Positions 1 to 4,114 of a stretch of DNA of 4,114 bases are shown piece by piece. The DNA lies in the IMG/VR virus record IMGVR_UViG_2529292871_000019, one strand, 5' to 3'. Source of the stretch: a virus. Lineage: Duplodnaviria; Heunggongvirae; Uroviricota; Caudoviricetes. Position 1 is the stretch's first letter; every line of letters starts with the position of its first letter. Below the pieces are notes generated by a model that searched no databases, had not been told where the DNA came from, and saw nothing but the letters and a program-made list of their open reading frames with translations. The translations under genes were made by a program, and so were the position numbers.

Positions 1-341
1 GTAAATCTTCACACCCAGCCGTCCACCAGATACTGGCTGACCACGTACAATATTGATTTCATCAAACTGCTCATCGTCCATTAACACTCCCGCATGCGTC
101 AGCGCATCCAGCGGTGCTTTCAGAATATTGTCCAGGTCACGACGACGCTTATCCGGTGGCTCTGCAATAATTTTTATGCCAGCCGTCCGGACAGGCTTAA
201 TTTCAGTCGCTGCTGGCGAACAATAAGCACCACTGCCCGGCGATAACGCTCCCCGGCTTTTGATACAAAATATGTGCTGCCACGGCGTCGCCAGTAAGTG
301 TTCACCGTCGGCGGGTAAGGTAAAACCAAATCTATGAGCAT
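1..341 (-). pseudogene. rusA: rusA-like Holliday junction resolvase, frameshifted and 3'-truncated by the window edge
   Basis: Minus-strand ATG at 341 preceded by GAGGTG; N-terminus MLIDLVLPYPPTVNTYWRRRGSTYF has the RusA-type LPxPPxxN motif and ends at TAA 174-176. The C-terminal part IKIIAEPPDKRRRDLDNILKAPLDALTHAGVLMDDEQF...GGRLGVKIY continues in a different frame from about 180 to position 1. The frame switch coincides with a T5/A5 run at 171-175. Confidence 0.6.
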
Positions 342-353
342 CAGTCACCTCTT

Positions 354-611
354 TTACCCGAGCACGCCAGTCGCAAAGGCGTGATCAAGAAAACGAAAAA
401 TTAAATCAACCTGGGAACCATGCTTTTCTTCGAACGCCAGCGGATCCGCATGAAGCTCGTTGTGATGCTCCCGACACAGCGGTAGCGTGAAAATATCGTG
501 GGATTTTGTTCCCATTCCGCCCTGACCATGACCAATCAGATGATGAGGATCGTCCGCTGGCTTACCACAACACGCACACGGCTGTGTCTTTACCCAGCGT
601 GTGTATTTCTC
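354..611 (-). pseudogene. HNH nuclease-motif segment, apparent C-terminal part of the YdfU/DUF968-like gene, no start codon of its own
   Basis: Same frame as the 630..1397 ORF; translates as EKYTRWVKTQPCACCGKPADDPHHLIGHGQGGMGTKSHDIFTLPLCREHHNELHADPLAFEEKHG... (CxCC, HH, HD and CxxHHxxxH motifs); stop TAA 354-356 is followed 12 nt later by the rusA start with its own SD. Separated from the upstream ORF by TAA 630-632 and TAA 612-614. Confidence 0.5.
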
Positions 612-629
612 TTAACCCAACGGCAACGT

Positions 630-1397
630 TTAGGCCGCCTCATGAACGATTCGGTGACTCCGGATCAACGGCAATGCTGACCACCGTCTTTTCCTGTGGC
701 GGGTTTGCTGGTGGGCGTGAGGCAGCGGCGCAAGATTTTTTGTGCGCTGCTTCAGTATGCTGGTGGCTGTCTGTTCTCCCGGTACGATGTCACTCTCACG
801 GTATACGGAGCGGATTTTTTCCGCTGGTAATCCCAGCGAACGACGCGCTACTGCCTCAGGTAGTGCATCCACCACCTGATTGCAGGCCGCCCACCAGGAT
901 AATTCAGCCAGCGATAATTCACGCTCCTGTGTGCCATTCATTGCGTGACGAATGACGTCAATCATCCATGCTGACAAGTTTTGGTGAGCAAGTTGCTCAA
1001 GTGATTCGGAGGTCTGGTCACGCAACTGGTTGTCGCAGTGCCAGCACAACACCATTGCGCCGGTACCATAACGGTGAATGACGGTTTCACTGTGGTGATA
1101 ATCGCCGTGTGGCCACTGGCAGGATTTAACATGGCGCAGTAACCAGTCAGACAATGCGCCAGCGCCACCAGCAGCACGAATCACTCGTTCGTCGCTGAAA
1201 AATGGCAGTAATGATTTATCCTCCGCCAGCGGCTGGCGAACGGCAGGAACGACCCCGGACGGCAGATTACGCATGCTTTTCGGTTCCGGCTCCACCAGTA
1301 CCCGGGTATTGTGGAATACCGGCATGGATTCACGGCCCGGCTTAACGATCACCAGCCCGAGTTCCGGTACCAGAACAGGTCGAAGTAATACCCGCAC
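630..1397 (-). CDS. YdfU/DUF968-like prophage protein, N-terminal 255-aa ORF as it stands
   Basis: 255-aa ORF in the track. Start is GTG at 1397 (plus 1395-1397 is cac) with GGAGGT 5 nt upstream, overlapping the stop of the rem-like gene, which suggests translational coupling. Family assignment rests on synteny (downstream of hok and rem, upstream of rusA) and recalled length of about 349 aa for the full reading frame 354..1397. Confidence 0.6.
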   Translation of the reverse strand: MRVLLRPVLVPELGLVIVKPGRESMPVFHNTRVLVEPEPKSMRNLPSGVVPAVRQPLAEDKSLLPFFSDERVIRAAGGAGALSDWLLRHVKSCQWPHGDYHHSETVIHRYGTGAMVLCWHCDNQLRDQTSESLEQLAHQNLSAWMIDVIRHAMNGTQERELSLAELSWWAACNQVVDALPEAVARRSLGLPAEKIRSVYRESDIVPGEQTATSILKQRTKNLAPLPHAHQQTRHRKRRWSALPLIRSHRIVHEAA

Positions 1398-1398
1398 G

Positions 1399-1677
1399 TT
1401 ACCTCCAGATGCGTTGCTGGAATGTGCGGGACGGACGCGGTGGCCGTTCGGAGTAAGGAAGCCTGACGGAGATTATCCAGTGACGGTAGTCGAGGCTGAG
1501 GGCTTTCTTAATCTCGTATCCGCGCCTGCGGTAACACTGAATCAGCCATTCAGCCTGTTCTTCGGTGCAGGGGTCGTGCTGATACCAGTCAGATTTGAAT
1601 GCATGAGAACGCCGCCCGTGCCTGCTGGCAGGGGCGGCAGAGTTATCCGAATTGTAAAATTTGGTATCGTGCGCCAT
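1399..1677 (-). CDS. small prophage protein, rem-like by position immediately downstream of hok
   Basis: The 135-aa ORF in the track (1399..1806) contains the hok terminator in its 5' part, so the start is taken as the internal ATG at 1677 (92 aa, MAHDTKFYNSDNSAAP...). Only a weak SD (AGAGAAA); may be expressed by readthrough. Confidence 0.5.
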   Translation of the reverse strand: MAHDTKFYNSDNSAAPASRHGRRSHAFKSDWYQHDPCTEEQAEWLIQCYRRRGYEIKKALSLDYRHWIISVRLPYSERPPRPSRTFQQRIWR

Positions 1678-1749
1678 CTGTTTTCTCTGCTGGCGCAGCA
1701 GGTGCCAGTTGTTCAGGCTGACGGATGGATTGTAAACCAGAACGACCAG

Positions 1750-1774
1750 AAAAAACAAAACCCGCCGAAGCGGG
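1750..1774 (-). terminator. Rho-independent terminator at the 3' end of the hok mRNA
   Basis: Minus strand reads CCCGC-UUCG-GCGGG followed by UUUUGUUUUUU (plus-strand stem 1761-1765/1770-1774, A-run 1750-1760). Confidence 0.8.
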
Positions 1775-1779
1775 TTAAG

Positions 1780-1795
1780 TGCGGGTGCGTTGAGG
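1780..1795 (-). promoter_or_regulatory. fbi-like 3' element of the hok mRNA, complementary to the mRNA 5' end
   Basis: mRNA 3' segment CCUCAACGCACCCGCA can pair with the 5' segment UGCGGGUGCUUGAGG (2158-2172) over 15 bp with one bulge. Confidence 0.65.
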
Positions 1796-1844
1796 ATGCC
1801 TGACACATCAGCGGTGGCGAGGGATTTCTCCCCCGCCTGGTCTC

Positions 1845-2000
1845 TTACTCCTCAGGTTCGTAAGCTGTGAAGACAGCGACCTCCGTCTGGCCGGTTCGGA
1901 TTCGTACCTCGCAGAGGTCTTTCCTCGTTACCAGTGCCGTCACTATGACGGTTAAACAGATGACGATCAGGGCGATTAACATCGCCTTTTGCTGCTTCAT
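1845..2000 (-). CDS. hokD: Hok/Gef-family type I toxin, 51 aa
   Basis: MKQQKAMLIALIVICLTVIVTALVTRKDLCEVRIRTGQTEVAVFTAYEPEE; ATG at 2000 with AGGAGA 7 nt upstream; single transmembrane segment and the conserved Hok C-terminal region. The hokD assignment is from recalled sequence and the adjacent rem-like gene, not from a search. Confidence 0.9.
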   Translation of the reverse strand: MKQQKAMLIALIVICLTVIVTALVTRKDLCEVRIRTGQTEVAVFTAYEPEE

Positions 2001-2057
2001 AACCTGCTTCTCCTTGCCTTTCGGCGCGTAAGAGGCTAACCTACGTTTGTGAAGCAT
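1845..2057 (-). CDS. mok: mok-like upstream reading frame, in frame with hok (70 codons)
   Basis: ATG at 2057 with GAGG 9 nt upstream, 19 codons before the hok ATG and in the same frame; occupies the position of mok in hok/sok loci. Confidence 0.45.
   Translation of the reverse strand: MLHKRRLASYAPKGKEKQVMKQQKAMLIALIVICLTVIVTALVTRKDLCEVRIRTGQTEVAVFTAYEPEE
2014..2042 (+). promoter_or_regulatory. putative sok promoter on the antisense strand inside the mok-hok overlap
   Basis: TTGCCT (2014-2019), 17-bp spacer, TAACCT (2037-2042); same placement as the sok promoter in the plasmid R1 locus as I recall it. Confidence 0.45.
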
Positions 2058-2122
2058 AGATTGGGCCTCAGATTAATGTTAAGCGTCTTGCAGGACGCGT
2101 AATGTTAACTGGGGCTTTTCTC
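2050..2122 (+). ncRNA. sok: Sok-like antisense RNA (antitoxin), ends approximate
   Basis: Antisense to the hok leader and mok start; long imperfect hairpin TTAATGTTAAGCGTC-TTGCAG-GACGCGTAATGTTAA (2073-2108) followed by GGGGCUUUUCUCU (U-run 2116-2123). Confidence 0.5.
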
Positions 2123-2157
2123 TGTCTGCCTTACGGTGGCATGCCCGAGGCAGACAG

Positions 2158-2172
2158 CCTCAAGCACCCGCA
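2158..2172 (-). promoter_or_regulatory. tac-like 5' end of the hok mRNA
   Basis: UGCGGGUGCUUGAGG at the predicted mRNA 5' end, complementary to the fbi-like element at 1780-1795; followed by a leader hairpin with 9-bp stem (2122-2130/2150-2158). Confidence 0.6.
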
Positions 2173-2175
2173 GCA

Positions 2176-2205
2176 ATTCTACTTAACTCTCGCTTTACCG
2201 CAAAC
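2176..2205 (-). promoter_or_regulatory. putative hok promoter
   Basis: Minus-strand -10 TAGAAT (2176-2181) and -35 TTGCGG (2198-2203, 16-bp spacer); predicted start near 2168-2172 gives an mRNA of about 420 nt ending at the terminator. Confidence 0.5.
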
Positions 2206-2214
2206 CGTTTTGCC

Positions 2215-2236
2215 CGATATGGGAATTCCCATATCG
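2215..2236. repeat. 22-bp perfect palindrome CGATATGGGAATTCCCATATCG
   Basis: Exact reverse-complement symmetry read directly from the sequence; lies between the micro-ORF stop (2245) and the hok -35 element. Confidence 0.9.
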
Positions 2237-2244
2237 TAATGAAT

Positions 2245-2349
2245 TCAGTTCCCTAGTCGATCCATCAAAAACACAACCAGGCAGTAAACGCCCACAACAG
2301 CAACAACAGCCAGCGCACCTTCCATTGCCAGTGATATATCATCCGACAT
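2245..2349 (-). CDS. candidate 34-aa hydrophobic membrane micro-protein
   Basis: ATG at 2349 preceded by AAGGAGGG; MSDDISLAMEGALAVVAVVGVYCLVVFLMDRLGN, one predicted transmembrane helix; stop TGA 2245-2247. Below the 60-aa cutoff of the ORF track. Confidence 0.35.
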   Translation of the reverse strand: MSDDISLAMEGALAVVAVVGVYCLVVFLMDRLGN

Positions 2350-2464
2350 ATTCCCTCCTTTGGTGTTAATCCCGGCGAACGTTTTTACCCTCACCGACAA
2401 ATAACATATACTAAAAAAGCGATAGCCATAGCAACGCCTGTAATTGCAAATGCTTCAGGCCAGT

Positions 2465-3334
2465 TCATTGGCGCACCTCCTGCGGCGGTTCTGGTAGAGG
2501 CATCCAGTGTGATGGTATCCACGACGCACCAGGTATTATCCACCCATCATTAGCGTCAGGATGCCCCGGGATGTAAGTCGCCCATTTCATTCGCCAGTCA
2601 CCTTTCCTGCCAAAATCCCTGGCAACAAGAACGGCTGTTTTGGTATCCGGCATTCGCTCACTACAGCTTATCCAACTATCCGGAGTTACCGGATAGTTGC
2701 CCGATAGTGCATTCTGCTCCAGTGATGCTTTTACAAACCACGCTGCCTGAACTATAACGCCATGAATCCAGCGCAAATCAGCATCGCGATCTTTCTTTTT
2801 CATCTTTTCGCCACTTAAGGCCTTGCTTATGTGGCTGCGTGCCAGGTCTTCATGTAATTCCTTCGCCTCCTCAATGGTGAAACCACCAGGCAGAAGAGCC
2901 GGAGTTACCGGAGAGCTGGTTGACGCTTCCGGGATTTTCCGAAAATTATTGGTTGACGAATCTTTATTTTCCCGAAAGTTTCCGGACTGAAACATGGCTT
3001 CGCGGCAATCGTTCCAGCCTGTAGCGTATGCAGCCGCTTTGCTGCTGCCTTCAACTGGCGCATCCTGCCAATACATTTCTTCCGGCACTATCGGCGCTGG
3101 AGGGGCGGCAAATAGATATCCGCCAAAGTCAGGAAGCTCTCTAATGGCCTGTACAAATTTTTGTTTGCCTACGTCAACCCCTAATGGGTAATGAGCTATA
3201 ATCTTTGCCACCGGCTCTGCTTCCAGCGATGCCAGCGCAATCCGTGCCAGTTCCATTTGTTCACCACGGGTAAGCCCGTTTTCAAGCGGATTTTTAATGA
3301 ACAATTCAATACGTTCTTTGGTAATAGTGGTCAT
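2465..3334 (-). CDS. prophage protein with C-terminal DUF551-type domain, 289 aa
   Basis: C-terminus WISCSERMPDTKTAVLVARDFGRKGDWRMKWATYIPGHPDANDGWIIPGASWIPSHWMPLPEPP matches the DUF551 pattern; ATG at 3334 with AAGGAG upstream that overlaps the stop of the 88-aa gene. Confidence 0.85.
   Translation of the reverse strand: MTTITKERIELFIKNPLENGLTRGEQMELARIALASLEAEPVAKIIAHYPLGVDVGKQKFVQAIRELPDFGGYLFAAPPAPIVPEEMYWQDAPVEGSSKAAAYATGWNDCREAMFQSGNFRENKDSSTNNFRKIPEASTSSPVTPALLPGGFTIEEAKELHEDLARSHISKALSGEKMKKKDRDADLRWIHGVIVQAAWFVKASLEQNALSGNYPVTPDSWISCSERMPDTKTAVLVARDFGRKGDWRMKWATYIPGHPDANDGWIIPGASWIPSHWMPLPEPPQEVRQ
2663..2689. repeat. 11-bp perfect inverted repeat CAACTATCCGG-AGTTA-CCGGATAGTTG inside the DUF551 gene
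   Basis: Arms at 2663-2673 and 2679-2689; encodes NYPVTPDSW on the minus strand. Confidence 0.8.
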
Positions 3335-3344
3335 GTGTTACTCC

Positions 3345-3608
3345 TTAACCCGCAGTGCTTTCAACTGATGAGGGGAACAAAATCTTTTCATCAAACCCTG
3401 CATTCATATCATGAACAGCAACACACCAATCCATCGACGAACGATTATCAAGAGCCTCCATGATTTCATCCATGCGGCGTAGGTCATACAGGTAAATGCT
3501 TTTATCGCCAATGGTGTAAAAGCCAATTTTTTTCGGTGATGGACAGCGATCAAGAACTTCCTGTAATTCGTTCAACCATGCCCGTTCTTTTTTTGTCAAA
3601 GTTGCCAT
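3345..3608 (-). CDS. small prophage protein of unknown function, 87 aa
   Basis: Start taken as the internal ATG at 3608 (MATLTKKERAWLNELQEVL...) because it has AAGGAAAA upstream; the track ORF start at 3698 has no RBS. Stop TAA 3345-3347 overlaps the SD of the DUF551 gene. Confidence 0.7.
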   Translation of the reverse strand: MATLTKKERAWLNELQEVLDRCPSPKKIGFYTIGDKSIYLYDLRRMDEIMEALDNRSSMDWCVAVHDMNAGFDEKILFPSSVESTAG

Positions 3609-3757
3609 ATCAGTTTTCCTTATACGGATTAATTTTATTGTGCAGTGTGTTGAATGACGCCCATACCACGTCGTTATACAATTCAATAACTGGCTCAATT
3701 ATTTTTCCGATTATCCATACTAGGATTAACGGGGATATCGGTATCATCAACACGATA

Positions 3758-3784
3758 AACAGAATGAGAAACAGAAATTCTGTT
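3758..3784. repeat. heptamer cluster: AACAGAA twice direct plus one inverted copy in an AT-rich intergenic region
   Basis: AACAGAA at 3758-3764 and 3770-3776, TTCTGTT at 3778-3784; the last two form the palindrome AACAGAAATTCTGTT. Confidence 0.6.
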
Positions 3785-3833
3785 GTTCTACTCTTTCGCG
3801 GATATTTTTTCTAAATAATGTGACCATTCATTA

Positions 3834-3850
3834 CCGCCCTTTCGGGCGGC
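3834..3850 (-). terminator. GC hairpin just after the 70-aa gene stop, possible weak terminator
   Basis: Minus strand GCCGCCC-GAAA-GGGCGG about 10 nt after the stop at 3860-3862, but followed by UAAUGAAUGG rather than a U-tract. Confidence 0.25.
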
Positions 3851-3859
3851 CTCCTGACA

Positions 3860-4072
3860 TTAATCGTTGTGATAACTCATAGCTTCATTTGCAGCATCAA
3901 CTGGATTAACCTCCCACCAGCAATAATTTGGTTCGCCCCCTTCAGGCGTCCATGGTTCTAATTCATTTTTTGCCACATTCTCGTCGCCAGTGATTTTAAG
4001 AATCTGCTCAGAAAATTTTTTCACCCACTCGTTATATTTTTCCGCGTTAATGTTTTTTTGTGTATTTAACAT
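3860..4072 (-). CDS. small prophage protein of unknown function, 70 aa
   Basis: ATG at 4072 with GGAGGAG 5 nt upstream; MLNTQKNINAEKYNEWVKKFSEQILKITGDENVAKNELEPWTPEGGEPNYCWWEVNPVDAANEAMSYHND. Confidence 0.7.
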   Translation of the reverse strand: MLNTQKNINAEKYNEWVKKFSEQILKITGDENVAKNELEPWTPEGGEPNYCWWEVNPVDAANEAMSYHND

Positions 4073-4114
4073 AGATACTCCTCCGGTTAAGGATTAAATT
4101 TTATTTACAGTGCT

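Noticed and set aside
506-955. Plus-strand ORFs at 498..680 and 506..955
   Set aside because: They lie antisense to the YdfU-like gene and its HNH segment, with no RBS and no recognisable motifs; taken as shadow ORFs.
962-1177. Minus-strand 71-aa ORF
   Set aside because: Alternative frame entirely inside the 630..1397 gene; Cys and Thr-rich low-complexity translation with no RBS.
1273-1803. Plus-strand 176-aa ORF
   Set aside because: Antisense to the rem-like gene and the hok terminator region; no RBS; taken as a shadow ORF.
2058-2464. relE and relB genes expected upstream of a hokD-like gene
   Set aside because: No 95-aa or 79-aa minus-strand ORF exists here; the space is filled by the hok leader, the sok region and the hok promoter, so relBE are absent.
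2350-2464. 12-aa minus-strand ORF MAIAFLVYVICR and possible promoter for the micro-ORF
   Set aside because: Too short to support, and the candidate -10 and -35 hexamers are weak and ambiguous.
2994-3463. Plus-strand ORFs at 2994..3191 and 3191..3463
   Set aside because: Antisense to the well-supported DUF551 and 88-aa genes; no start context.
3536-3814. Plus-strand 92-aa ORF, and a 45-aa hydrophobic minus-strand ORF in the 3609-3859 gap
   Set aside because: AT-rich low-complexity translations without an SD; the plus ORF overlaps the 88-aa gene. More likely compositional artefacts.
4094-4114. Possible 3' end of another minus-strand gene at the right edge
   Set aside because: Only about 7 codons lie in the window and all three frames have stops there; not enough sequence to call.

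Overview
The window reads as the nin/Q-proximal segment of a lambdoid (Qin-like) prophage from an Enterobacteriaceae genome, with all supported genes on the minus strand. From right to left: two small RBS-preceded genes (70 aa, 88 aa), a 289-aa DUF551-type protein, a possible 34-aa hydrophobic micro-ORF, a complete hok/mok/sok-type type I toxin-antitoxin locus, a rem-like small gene, a YdfU/DUF968-like gene whose C-terminal HNH-motif segment lies behind two in-frame TAA codons, and a rusA-like resolvase gene that is frameshifted and runs off the left edge. No relBE genes are present upstream of hok. No tRNA, rRNA, CRISPR array or IS element was seen. The hok locus belongs to a well-known family; the less explained items are a 22-bp perfect palindrome and the micro-ORF just upstream of the hok promoter, and the two disrupted genes. 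All identifications are from reading the sequence and recalled family motifs; no database search was run.
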